Below are positions 13,341-24,290 of a stretch of 64,000 nt of DNA, piece after piece; the stretch's first letter is position 1; each line of letters starts with the position of its first letter. Where the stretch lies: positions 1,240,001-1,304,000 of the forward strand of contig JAYWIR010000033.1 of assembly GCA_036172245.1 (NCBI GenBank). The letters are read 5' to 3'. A model generated the notes under the pieces. That model saw nothing but the letters and a program-made list of their open reading frames with translations, did not search any database and had not been told where the DNA came from. This DNA is from Raillietiella orientalis (taxonomy: Eukaryota). A program made the translations under genes and the position numbers.

Positions 13341-13567
13341 GATTTCACGCTCGATTTTTATTTCCGCCAATTCTGGAAGGATCCGCGCCTGGAATACGGG
13401 CCATCCCATGGAATTGATATGCTATCTGTTGGGTCGGAATTTATTGACAAGTTGTGGGTACCTGACACCTTCTTCGCCAACGAGAAGAAATCCTATTTCC
13501 ACACAGCCACTACAAACAACGAGTTCATACGTATCCTTAAGGATGGCCACGTGGTTAGAAGCATGAG
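13341..13567 (+). CDS. Rdl: RDL-like coding exon, loops D/A/E ([17 protein letters not shown]...[27 protein letters not shown]...RSM)
   Basis: Acceptor aag, donor gtaatt; near-verbatim RDL ligand-binding motifs. Confidence 0.96.
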
Positions 13568-15949
13568 GTAATTCTTTTATGATTTCCTCTCCTCCTCCGC
13601 CTGCTCGGTTTGCACTCTCCGCAGTCGAAATCTTCCTGCGTACGACGGGCAAGCTGATCATCCCGAGATAGCTCGAACTTCCCGATTTGCAGCATCCAGC
13701 AAGCAGTGGCTTCCTTTGGAAGGAACTTTTTCGGTCCTTGGGAATTTAAGATAATTTTGAGACTGCGCTCTCCGAAAATTTCTTGAAGGCAAAGTGACCC
13801 GAGTTCGACCACTCTTCCGTGCCTGCTCCTCTGACGAGCCTTTGATTTCGGCATCGCGTTCGCGGATACCGTGATGCAGCGTTCATCCTCACCCTCGAGG
13901 CAAAACGAGTCCCGGCACAATAGATAAGCGTGTGGAAAAACAGTTCCTTCGAAGTCCATCTCGAGTCTGAAAAGACCACGAAAATTTCGCGGTGTTTGCA
14001 AGCGTGACTCTTTGAAACACAAAAGAAACGCCCCCTGAGAATTTTTGGTCATCTTTTCCGGTTCAGAGTCAAAAACGCTATTCACTTCTGATGCATTGCT
14101 GCTGTGGATGGGGTGGAACCTTGTTACCGCACTGCAGCGCTCTGCACGCTAGGGATTCACAACACAGCTTCCTCCTGGTGGATCCCACGCACGTTCGTCA
14201 AGGCATAACGGGACTCGAAGATCTTCTCTTTGCTGGATGGGAGGACATCTTTTTCCGCAGTGCGCTGACCGACAAAACCTCAGAAAGTGTTCCCGGCTCT
14301 CCCAAGGATGCCGAGCATTCGTGACGCTCGCACATCCGGAAACCGCGGCAACGCGCGAAGAGGCTAGATGCCTCTTCGGCACATCACGCGCTCCTGGACC
14401 GCACAGCTGCCAGCTCCGTCTCGCGTCCGTTCGCTCCCCCACACACCGGGAAGGGATTTTTGAGCTGCCGGTCACACCACTCCTGCCGCGCTCACCTCAG
14501 GGATATTCAGCCGGCAGTCGCTGGTCCTCCTGTCTTTGGGTTCGCGGGTGAATTTAACCAGAGTGGATGGCATTCCAGGGCTTCAACTCACGAGGTGTCC
14601 TTCATTTCGGATACGGATGCCTTCGGCGTTTCCATGGAAGTCGCATTCACGCACGTCCATGAAGTCAGGGGGCTAAGGATTTTAATCGCGGAATTTCAGA
14701 AGCTCCTTGGAAGAAGGCAAACTTGCAACTCTGCAAACGCGGAACCGGAAGATTTCGGTTTCCTCCTTCGGCCAAACGCCAATAGGAAATTCGAAATGGA
14801 GAAATTTCATCAGGAATGGGTCAATTCGAGCTATGCAGAGAGCACATAACTCAGCCCATCTGTGAAAATGGTACTCGCAGCTTTCAGCAAAGCTGCATGC
14901 TGTTGTCCAAGTGTATTAATTCCTTTTCGCTCGGATGCTCTTTCACGAGAACAGCGTGCGCGTCGGTACTTTCACCGGGGATCAGGAACGCCTCGGTGGT
15001 CACGTGAGGCAAAATCCCCCGTGGAGATTTCTGTGCTTTCGCTAAGATTTGCCGCTCGAACGCTGCCGTCATTTTCAAAATCAGCTGCATAAAGCAGCCG
15101 TCGGAAACGGCTGAAGGCCCCGTTCAGACGATTTGCAAAGGATGACGATTTGCAACGGAAGAGAGAAAGAAAAAAAAAAAAAAAACTTTGGAAAACAGTT
15201 CTCTCCTCTTCGATCCCCGTGAGATCTGAAATGGATACCAGGAAAGGTTGAATTCATTGGAAGAAACCGAGAGTTCTCTAGGGGGTGCAGGGCGCGCTGA
15301 CACGGCTGCTGAGAGTCCTCGATGGGGCTTTCGGGAAAGAGGTCACTTTTCTCCAACGAGAAGACGCGGCGTCGTGGTGGGATTCTGCAAAGCCAAGTAC
15401 ACAAAGGTCGGAAGCCTGGTTCGAAGATGGCATAAATTAAAAGCGCAAAGAAGAGAACTTCCGTCCATCATGAATTTTTTTGCGACAGCTATCTGCTAAT
15501 GGCTGACCACAAGTTGGGCACGTCATGAACTGCAATTCACTCCCGGCAGAGGAAACCCTGATGGTACAGAGGAGACGGCGCTAGAAGAGTCGGTAATGAA
15601 GTTCAGACACAGGGAAGGATAAAAGTCCTAGTGAGTCTGGGATAAGACTGCTCACATGAGCATAAATTCATTTGAAGCTGTGCGACTCATGTGAGCTACT
15701 AGTGATTGCCTGCATTCGATTTCTTTAAGACGACATCTCCACGACAGCAAGTAGCTTCGTCCGAATGGCTCAGTACTTTGTGGAAAACGAAATTATTTCA
15801 TCTTGAAGGAAACAGCTAAAAGAACGAGGCATCCAGTTTACCTTTTGAAGGTTTTTTTTTTTTTTTTCCTTCCTTTCCTGAAACCTGCATTCAGTCTTGG
15901 ATGAGTGGCTGACAAGAAGGAAAATCATCATCATCACTTTCTACTGGTT

Positions 15950-16520
15950 TCCCGTCGGGTATCTCCCATAATGTCATCACCCAGGAGTGGATTGCTGTTG
16001 ACAGACCCCATGAATCTGAGAACCTTGACAGTGCGCAAGATCATCTGCGCCCAGTGTCCATCTACCCAAATACTTCGTTCTTCCTACTCCATTTCTCCAT
16101 TCTTCCCATTTACCGATCAGGATCACCTCGTTTGTCCCATACTTTTCTTTCTCAGCCATCAAATATCACGAACGAGCCCACCGTCTACGAGTTGGGTTTT
16201 TCCTGGGCTAAATCCAGACACACCTATATGTGGGACTGTCGTTCCGTCTCTCTGGAAAAAATCGCATCATTCCATTGATTAGCTGTGGCTGGGATGCAAC
16301 GTTAGTGGATCGTAGATGCACTGCCTTTTTTCTGGAAAGTTCACTCATTGCATCCTTCTTATGAAACTGCCCGAGTACGTCTGGAGCCTCAAGATGGCTT
16401 CCGTACAACTCGGCACCCATGTCTTGGAGCGGTTGATATGTCAGGGTGCAATCCTTCACAGCTCCAAGAGGGTCATTTGGACCATCCTCTGGCACGGGTG
16501 ACCAAATCCCGTCCCAAGAG
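15950..16520 (-). mobile_element. Decayed CR1/L2/Jockey-type reverse transcriptase relic (intronic)
   Basis: Minus-strand pieces GPNDPLGAVKDCTLTYQPL (cf. GPDGI...LKxCA...PL), YDPLTLHPSHS*SME (cf. YRPISLLPxxSKxxE) and SGFSPGK (cf. QxGFRPG), with stops and frameshifts. Confidence 0.45.
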
Positions 16521-17464
16521 AAGTTTTCTGCTTGTTTCCCGTGTTTGCAGCACCCGCTTGGATTGCCATTCCGCATTTGTAACATTTGCTTCGTACGTCT
16601 GAACAGAAACTGGAAATCCACTGGAAGGACGAGGTCAGTTTAGCCGGTGACCCCATGTTGTGCTTCCGGGCTTGACACTCTGCTCTTGCAAGTGCCGCCT
16701 GTGAGTGTTTATGGAAGCAGCGGTCAATTGGCTACTGCTCGCGAAGGCGAAACGCGCGTGAGAGAACTTCGCTTCTTCGGAAGAGTTCTTCGAAATGCAT
16801 CCGTTGAGAACGAGCGGTCCGTCAGTAAAAGAACGACTTGCTTTGGATCTTAATCTAATCTGGCACCAAGAGCCGGAAAATTCAGCATCCGAATCAAGAC
16901 GTTCATCCTCTTCCGCGGTTCACATTCTTGAACGCACGTCCCCTTTCGAATGCACGCCCCGCACGCACAGATGATTGGAAATCCACTGGAAGCTGGAAAG
17001 ACACTGTCGCGGAGTCTGGAGGACTTTTCCGATTTCCCATCCATGCATAATCCAAATCTACCAAGCGTGAAGGTGGACGGAAGCCCACGAGTTCTGGCGA
17101 GGCCGGAAATCCCGCAGATCGGCCTTCGATTCGGCAGCTTTCTTCTCTGTTAAATCATTACACCCTTCCTCTTGGATGCAAATCATACTTTATTCCCATT
17201 TCGCGAACTCTTAACCGAAACCCGGCGGTGTGCAGGGCACTCGAACGTCCACTGCGTTACTTCTTCACTTTGCCCGCCTTCTAAACCTTATCCTTGGGCT
17301 GTCTTTTGGTGAGTGACCAGCTCGAGGCAGCGCCTCGCCTCAGTTTTCCAAAGTTTCCCGTTAGGATGAGAAGTCACTGTTCTAAAACCCGCTTTGTAAA
17401 AGTGTCTGTCTGTTGAGTTGAACTTAGAAGCATGAAGGATTAATAGATTTTTTCACCCCTTCAG

Positions 17465-17547
17465 GCTAACCATAACTGCTGACTGCCCCATGAATCTCCA
17501 GTATTTTCCCATGGACCGGCAGCAGTGCACTATAGAAATCGAGAGCT
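17465..17547 (+). CDS. Rdl: RDL-like coding exon, Cys-loop ([27 protein letters not shown])
   Basis: Acceptor ccccttcag, donor gtaagc; C-x13-C Cys-loop signature. Confidence 0.97.
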
Positions 17548-19249
17548 GTAAGCTGTTTTGTTTCAAATTTTCTATTCCATCCTCCTTCCCCCCCACTTCG
17601 CTTGCGCCTCCTGAGTTGATTTTCCTTGTTTTTTGATGGCACTCAGTCGAGATGAATCACCCCTCCCAAGATTTCAAACGTTCAGACAAATAGTACTGTC
17701 CTTCCTATGACTTTCAGCCATGAGCAGAGAACTTAGAACACGACTCTGACTGTACACGAGGAGTGCAGTGAACGGACGTTGCTTAGCATCTGCGCACAAT
17801 CTTACCTAAAAGCGATAGAACCAGCATCTACTTAGCCTGAAGTTCCTCAAAAGGGATGACCGTGACTTCTAAAAGCTTCTCCTTGTGGATTCAGGAAGAA
17901 TTTGTCTTCCTATCAGTGCATAAGTGCGATTTTGGAATCATTTCCTAATCAGTCATGGAACACTCCTGCGAGCCCAATGTTTCACAGCATGTTAACATTA
18001 GAGCGAAGCAAAAGAAGGCATGGTGTCGGTCAATGCACGCTCGTTTTTGAGCAGACCGCCTTTTGTGTGTGCGTTAAACACTTGGGGAACCCTCATCTAG
18101 AATGTACACACTTTCATGGATCATTCACAAGAGAATCGGCTAGGTCTTCCGAAGAACTCATTCCATCAGAGGGAAGGCAGTTCTCTCTAACAGAAGTCTA
18201 CAGCTGCTTCTGCGTGTGCTCTTCTGATGGGTGCATCAGTCGGACTTGGTCGGGCGGGTCGAGCGAATGAGGGATTCCTGGTTTGCACTCCAGGCTGCCA
18301 GCACGAACTTCCTCACGCTAACCGCATCCGGGATGAGGCTCGGGTTCAAACGGGAAGCTTCCAATGCTCTTATGATCTCGGACTCTCGAGAGTTTTGAAC
18401 GCCCTGCACGTGGATCGCCTCTATGCTTCCACGATGGGCAGCACAGGGGTCAGTCGATCCCTGTGCTGCACTCATCCCGCTCAGCGTTTCCTGTGTGCCG
18501 ACTTGCCCCGCGGAAGTTTTGCTCACCGCTTCAGTCGAGGGCCTTTCCGCTGGAAACTTCCTACAAGGAAGTTTCGACTACTTGGAGGCGAACTAATTCG
18601 TTGGGAACGTTTTCCCCGGAGATTTCCAAGCGGAATAAATGAAATGAGTTTCTTGTGGGAGTCACATGTCCGGCAGGGCATCACACAAATCCCAAAGAAT
18701 CCCGACGGAACCACCGACTCCTATCGGAAAAATGAATCCCCTGAGAGCAAACACATGGACAGCCCACCTCGAAAACTCACCTTTCGCCCAACCTTACGCA
18801 GAAGCACCCCTATATACCTTCAGGATATCATCCTGATCGTACTCTTCCCATATCTTTTCACTTTCTAATGCGGTTCCACAAGGCTCAAGAGTAGATCGTA
18901 CTCATCATGGAAATGTTTTGAAATGTCGAGCAGGTATTTGGCTAGGATTGAACCCCGGGATCAGGTTCCCTTCTAGAAATAAACTTCCTTCGGAATGCAC
19001 CCACGAAGAATCCACCATTCCTCCTTCGAAGTTCTGCAGCTAGCTAAGACCTCACGGCAAATGCGCGAAGGTGCTTTCTGAGCTCTGAGCAGCCACCAAA
19101 TGATCACCATAGAATTGCATTCAAAATTCCACAATGGAGGGGAAGTGACATCACAGCTTGCAGAAGGACCTCGCGTGGCAGCAGGCATCACATCTCGAAG
19201 GAGGTGGTTTTTCTCTTGCTTGCCCACATGGAGCCGTCAAATTGTAGCT

Positions 19250-19500
19250 CACCTGAACCTCTCTTTGGAGTAAGAAGTCAGTGGCCAAAAAGCTGCTGAA
19301 CACACTTTCCTCCACCTGCTTTCAGTATAGGAGATGAAGCTTCGGTATGCTGCCAATAAAATGACTTGGAAGCTATAGGACTCATGTCCTATGCAACGTA
19401 CACGATGTGCAGTAATACATGTGCCTACTATAAATACCAAGTCAGCAAGCAGTCTTTGTGTGTGTAAAGCTCAGCGACATTGCCTACTCTGCTGGGAACA
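19250..19500 (-). mobile_element. Possible relic of a P2RX7 C-terminal (ballast)-like Cys-rich accessory ORF, probably transposon-borne
   Basis: GNVAELYTHKDCLL (cf. CGNCxxMPTxxECxCC), GTCITAH (cf. CITxH) and LAAYRSFISY (cf. YxAYRxF) occur in order but are eroded. Confidence 0.25.
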
Positions 19501-21240
19501 AAAAGTATCAAACAGTTGAAACCTTGCAGATGAACAACCATTTGGCCTTCCCGGAAACAATCCCAGATGATTCCTTTTAATGGGCAGAATGTCAAAATTA
19601 GTTGCATCTGCAGTCCCATTCTTCACAGCATAGGGCTGCGCGCACCAGGTTTTCTGATGAACTAAAGATTTTGCAATTGTCTCTGCTGAGACACTTACAC
19701 CAAAGCAGAAGTTTCTCCGAAAACTTTCAACAGCGATTTTTTCTGGAGCGTGGAAGTCACAAATATCCGTCTTCTTGATAAACCGATGCTGCAGCTGCTG
19801 TTAGACGTCTTGTGTTGACAAACTGTTATGAGTGCTGCAAGCTATACGTAATTACACTGCATCGGGAGATGTTGAGGAAGAAAACCTAAATTTGATCAGT
19901 CTGAAAAGGGTTGCTATTTCTCCGTTCCGCTGTTGTATTTTTCGAAGTGGCTCCCTCGCTCTGAACTCTCCTCCCGGCTTTTGCTCTCGAGAGTGAAGAT
20001 TAACGTCATTCACCAGATGGGTGATGGGAATCGACCTTTCTACCGCTCCCACTAAGTTCTTTCCAAACGTCTCCAAAATCATCTTGGCGATCCGGAAAAG
20101 AAAAATAAAAAATGAAAGTGCTGCTGGAGATTGAATGCTGCTTGTAGTAATCGCGTGGAACCAACGCTTTCGAGATGTCGATGACTTCGAGGTTTGCGAA
20201 GAGTCTCTCCTCAGACTCTCCTCAAAGCAGCGAAGGAGTGCTGAAGCTTGAAAACCCCCCGAAAGGCAAGCGCCAGGGACGAATTTCCAGGATTCTTAGA
20301 ATTCGGCTCCATCAGGGAATTCAGAAGACCGTTGAGTTCAATCACGATGCCTTCAAGAGAGAAGGACGCATCCACCAGCAGCAAAGGGGAGACCCATCTG
20401 AAAGGTGAAAACTTCTGACCTCACGTGCAGGAAGCTCTTTGCAAGACCTCAGCGAATGGGTTTTTTCCCTTTATCTCTGCGGGAGCCGTACTCGAATATC
20501 CGCAGGCGATTGCCTCGTGCAGCTAACGCTCTGTTTGTTTTGAACACTTCTCAGCCGAATACAGGCGCTCCTCAGCCAGGTCATGCGTACGGTAAAATGT
20601 TTGCTTTGTGCAGTTGTTGTTACTCTAAGGTAGCTGCTGCTGCTTTCGAATTCCTGTTTCAACTTTGCGTCTTGGAGCGATTCGAGTAGGCATTTCCGAG
20701 GACAAGGCTTTTCCGGTGGAAAACTGGGAAAAATAAGGAAGGACACTGGCGCTCCCGCGCTGACATCGCGCGACCCTGAAAAAGGCTTCTTGTCCTCGCA
20801 CCCGCGACTCGACCTCTAGGCGTTCTTTGCAGCAGAAGCGGCAAAGGCGAGCTGACTCCGTCTTCATTGCTTCCGGAATTCATGCGTGTTGTAAGAAGCG
20901 GGTCGGTGTTCACGGAAAAGCGAAAACAAAAACGACAACACCAGAGAGAGGAAACGCTGAGCCTCGCCAGACATGAGCGAGCTGGCACCGGCGGCGATGC
21001 TCGCCAGAGTTCATCATACCAGCCGAAAATTCGAACCGAAGCCCATCGGCCATATGCGCGAGCGTTCCTGACCTCGGCTCCTCAGGTGTGGGGACCGGCT
21101 ATTCCCCTTCCTTTCTCTGTTCTGCGCCTCTGGGCGAAACACAACGCAGCCCGTTGACCACCTTCAGGTGCAACACGCACATCTTCTCTTGATGATGTAC
21201 CTGCTTTCTCCAGCTAACTGCATCTGTGTGTTTGCATTAG

Positions 21241-21378
21241 TCGGATACACCATGAGAGACATACGTTATAAATGGCACTATGGAAAGGCCTCTGTGGAAA
21301 TATCCAGCGAAGTATCCCTGCCTCAGTTTAAGGTCCTTGGTTTCAAGCAGAAAGCAAAGATAGAAAACCTGACGACAG
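21241..21378 (+). CDS. Rdl: RDL-like coding exon, equivalent to insect exon 6 ([12 protein letters not shown]...SLPQFKVLG...LTT)
   Basis: Acceptor tttgcattag, donor gtgaga; 138 nt; loops B/F/C. Confidence 0.96.
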
Positions 21379-21466
21379 GTGAGAGCAAGAGCAAAAGCCC
21401 CAAGGCCGCTTGGAGCCACGCCCTGCAAGAAAACGAGGGTGCCAAAAGGGAAACTGCTTATTTCAG

Positions 21467-21751
21467 GAAATTACTCGAGGCTGATATGCCAGATACGCTT
21501 CGAAAGATCCATGGGATACTACCTCATCCAGATGTACATCCCTTCCTCCCTCATTGTCGTCATATCATGGGTGTCCTTCTGGCTGAACAGGAATGCGACT
21601 CCGGCCCGCGTTTCCTTAGGAGTCACCACGGTGCTCACCATGACCACCCTGATGACTTCAACCAACGCTGCGCTTCCGAAAATCTCGTACGTCAAGTCCA
21701 TCGACGTGTTCCTGGGCATCTGCTTCCTGATGGTGTTCGCTTCTCTTCTCG
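21467..21751 (+). CDS. Rdl: RDL-like coding exon, loop C end, TM1, TM2 and most of TM3
   Basis: Acceptor tatttcag, donor gtaagt; GNYSRL...[85 protein letters not shown] anion-selectivity motif. Confidence 0.98.
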
Positions 21752-22578
21752 GTAAGTCTCCGCAGCAGGTAACCGTCCTTGCTCCTCCTCCCCTCCTAGA
21801 AAACGCTCGCGAACCGGTGCGCTCTTCGCCGACGGAACTCCCGCAACACCGCCAGAACAAATTCTTCCGCCGCTGCCACACGAAGCGAGAGGAATAGCCT
21901 CTAGCATTGGGCGTGCTGCGCGCGGAGCCTCTCGAAGAGAATCGGCTTGGGGTCAAAGTTCACTTTCTAGGGAATGGGTTCGTTGGGCATTTTGAGTGGG
22001 AATGGAAACCTGACCTTCTCTCTCGTCCCCGCGTCGTCGTTGTCAGGGCAACGTCACGGTCAGTTGAGGAGCCTCAGCAATAGCGCGTGGCATTTCCTTT
22101 GGGAGAAACAGCACACAGCAGCCCTATGGCAGTGTGCTTTTACTATGATGGGGCTTTGGTAGCATGAAGACTTCCCAGGAGCAGGGTTTTCCTACGGAAA
22201 ACTCAGCAGCCTTCTCTTATAAGTTCTTGTGCCCCTTTATTGGCTCCTTCTTGACAGCCACCATTGGACAAGAAATCTAGAATAGATGACCGAAATGCGA
22301 GTCGTGCGTCCTCTTTGATGAAAGACACCTCATCCGAGTCCATGGCCCGATGAACATGCAGACACTTCCGAGCAGACACGTGCAACCGTCCGTGCACAAA
22401 AGCGTCTCCCATACGACACGCGCGAACACGCATGAGACGTGTACGCGCGCGCGCACCTGCTCGGGTGCTTTCGGCAATTGCCGCGGATCTCTTGCTGGGC
22501 GCGGCTGTCTACACCTTGCTGAGGTCCCTCTTTAATCAGGCTCTTGCGGCGTCACTGGCGTCTCTTTCCGTTACCTAG

Positions 22579-22910
22579 AGTACGCGGCGGTCGGATACAT
22601 GGGAAAGCGCATCCAGATGAAGAAAACGAGATTGCTAGCCATGCAGAAGCTGGCGGAGCAGAAGAAGTCCCGGATGATGATCGACAAACTGTATAGCGAG
22701 ATGCCGTACCAGGAGGCTGAGGGAGACTCTCACATTTTCGAATTCAGCTCGAGAACCATGGATCACCCCAGCCGGTTCTTCGAGCAGGAGGGGCGCAACC
22801 CCAGCTACGCCAAGGGCGCGGACCGGTTCGCAAGCACCAGGTTCGTAGTCGCGCCGCACGACTTCTCCATGTTCAACGTCGCCGAGACGGAGTTCCTCCC
22901 CAAACAGACG
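22579..22910 (+). CDS. Rdl: RDL-like coding exon, end of TM3 and first part of the intracellular loop (EYAAVGYMGKRIQM...PKQT)
   Basis: Acceptor ttacctag, donor gtaagg; EYAAVGYMGKRIQM and terminal PKQT as in RDL. Confidence 0.93.
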
Positions 22911-22957
22911 GTAAGGCGGGCGCGCTCCTGGCTGCAGCTCCTCTCCTTCCGCCTCAG

Positions 22958-23254
22958 GAAGTCCGGTACAGGGTGAACGACCCCAAGGCGCACTCCAAAG
23001 GCGGGAAGCTGGAGAACACCGTCAACAGCAGGGCGAGGGAGGCCGGCGTCTCCTTCGAGCTCGAGCCCATCATTCTTCCCCCCATCAAAAACGACACGAA
23101 CCGCATCTGCGGCCTGACACCTTCCGACGTGGACAGATACTCCCGCGTGGTTTTCCCCGTTTTCTTCGTGTGCTTCAACCTCATGTACTGGATCGTGTAC
23201 TTGTACATTAGCGACGACGTGGAGGAAGACATGATCCTCATGAAAGATCTGTAG
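22958..23254 (+). CDS. Rdl: RDL-like last coding exon, loop end and TM4 to stop ([21 protein letters not shown]...MKDL*)
   Basis: Acceptor ccgcctcag; matches RDL [21 protein letters not shown] and TM4; TAG at 23252-23254. Confidence 0.95.
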   Translation, partial: [98 protein letters not shown]

Positions 23255-23599
23255 CTCCTTCCTCCACAGCTCGCGCCTTCGTTGCATCTCGTGACACCGT
23301 TGCCTACCGGAGTACTCTGGGACGATTTCGACGACACCGCGACGTGCGGGCCACAGGTCTGGAACGGAGAACGTCTGGTGTTTTGCTTTGGCTGTGAAAA
23401 AAAAAAAAACGTGGGGAGAAAAACAAAAAAGGAAGAAACCCTTTTTTATGAGATATAACCAGCGAATTTAAAAATATATTTTGAATTGCCATGGACACTA
23501 GAAGCCGCATGTTTGGCAAGCGTTTGTTTCTTCGTTTTTTTCTTTTTTTTCTTTTTCATTTCCTGCAAGACGAAAAAATCGCTGGCAAAGATCGAGGAC

Positions 23600-24290
23600 T
23601 CCCATCCGAGTCCGAGGATGCCAAGGAGACACCAGCGGTCCCCTCCGCAACGAAGCAGTCGTCGAAGAGAGACGCATCCCTGGAAGGGGTTCTCGTTTCC
23701 CGCCCGCCTGGAGGCAAAAAGGAAACGCCCTCCCCGGCTCGGTGCAGGAGGAGTACGCTGGGTGTACGCGCGCGGATGCACCGGCAGAAGCTCGATCTTC
23801 CTCGCAATCTCTTGCAATATGCAAGCTGGAGCTTCAGTCCGCAAACGGCCGCCGTCCTCTGCGACCTGCTCGACGAGATGGGGCTGCGCAGAGATGGCTC
23901 CGAAGCTTTTGGAATCTCGCTACTTCCCCCCTCCCCTATCCCTTTCTTCAAATTTCTATTCCGCTTTGAGTCAGATCTCCTCTGTCCGACTGTCCTGTTT
24001 ATAGCTCGCCGTTCTCCTCAGTGGTCCCCATCTCGATGCATCACTTCTCGCCGCCGTCGTGCTGGAAAGTCCGCTTAAGTGACGGAACTGACTCTGCAGC
24101 TCTCGTGGAGGCGCGCGTCGGGCAGCTCCCAGGGAGTCGTATTCATCAAAGTGAGGCCCATCCATCCCGTTCCCTATTTACTGTCCTTCCCTGCTCTCCC
24201 TCCAGTCCACTCCTCTTTCAGGGTTCTTCCCAGCGAGGGTGGTCCTCTGTGACTATGAAACTGTTTGTCTCTTCGCTTTAAATAAACGTC
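23600..24290 (+). mobile_element. Decayed L1/Tx1-like 3' fragment immediately downstream of the Rdl stop codon
   Basis: STLGVRARMHRQKL (cf. xxLPVRxRLxRxG) and LFIARRSPQW, followed by a pyrimidine-rich tail and AATAAA at 24281. Confidence 0.35.
24281..24286 (+). promoter_or_regulatory. First canonical AATAAA after the Rdl stop codon; candidate polyadenylation signal
   Basis: aataaa about 1.03 kb after the TAG; I saw no earlier AATAAA in 23255-24280. Confidence 0.3.

Larger units (their letters stand above)
6730..23254 (+). other. Rdl: RDL-like GABA-gated chloride channel subunit gene (Cys-loop ligand-gated ion channel); 8 identified coding exons, 5' signal-peptide exon not securely located
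   Basis: Exons 6730-6815, 11441-11508, 13341-13567, 17465-17547, 21241-21378, 21467-21751, 22579-22910 and 22958-23254 are joined by GT-AG introns in phase (1516 nt; 504 codons + TAG after the first nt). Motifs match [33 protein letters not shown], Cys-loop [31 protein letters not shown]2 [27 protein letters not shown]4 [24 protein letters not shown]. Confidence 0.96.

Noticed and set aside
18935..18975. B-box-like ggttcaatcc on the minus strand (tRNA or SINE)
   Set aside because: No A-box or cloverleaf.
21519..23337. Antisense ORFs over the Rdl exons
   Set aside because: Shadow ORFs of GC-rich coding sequence.
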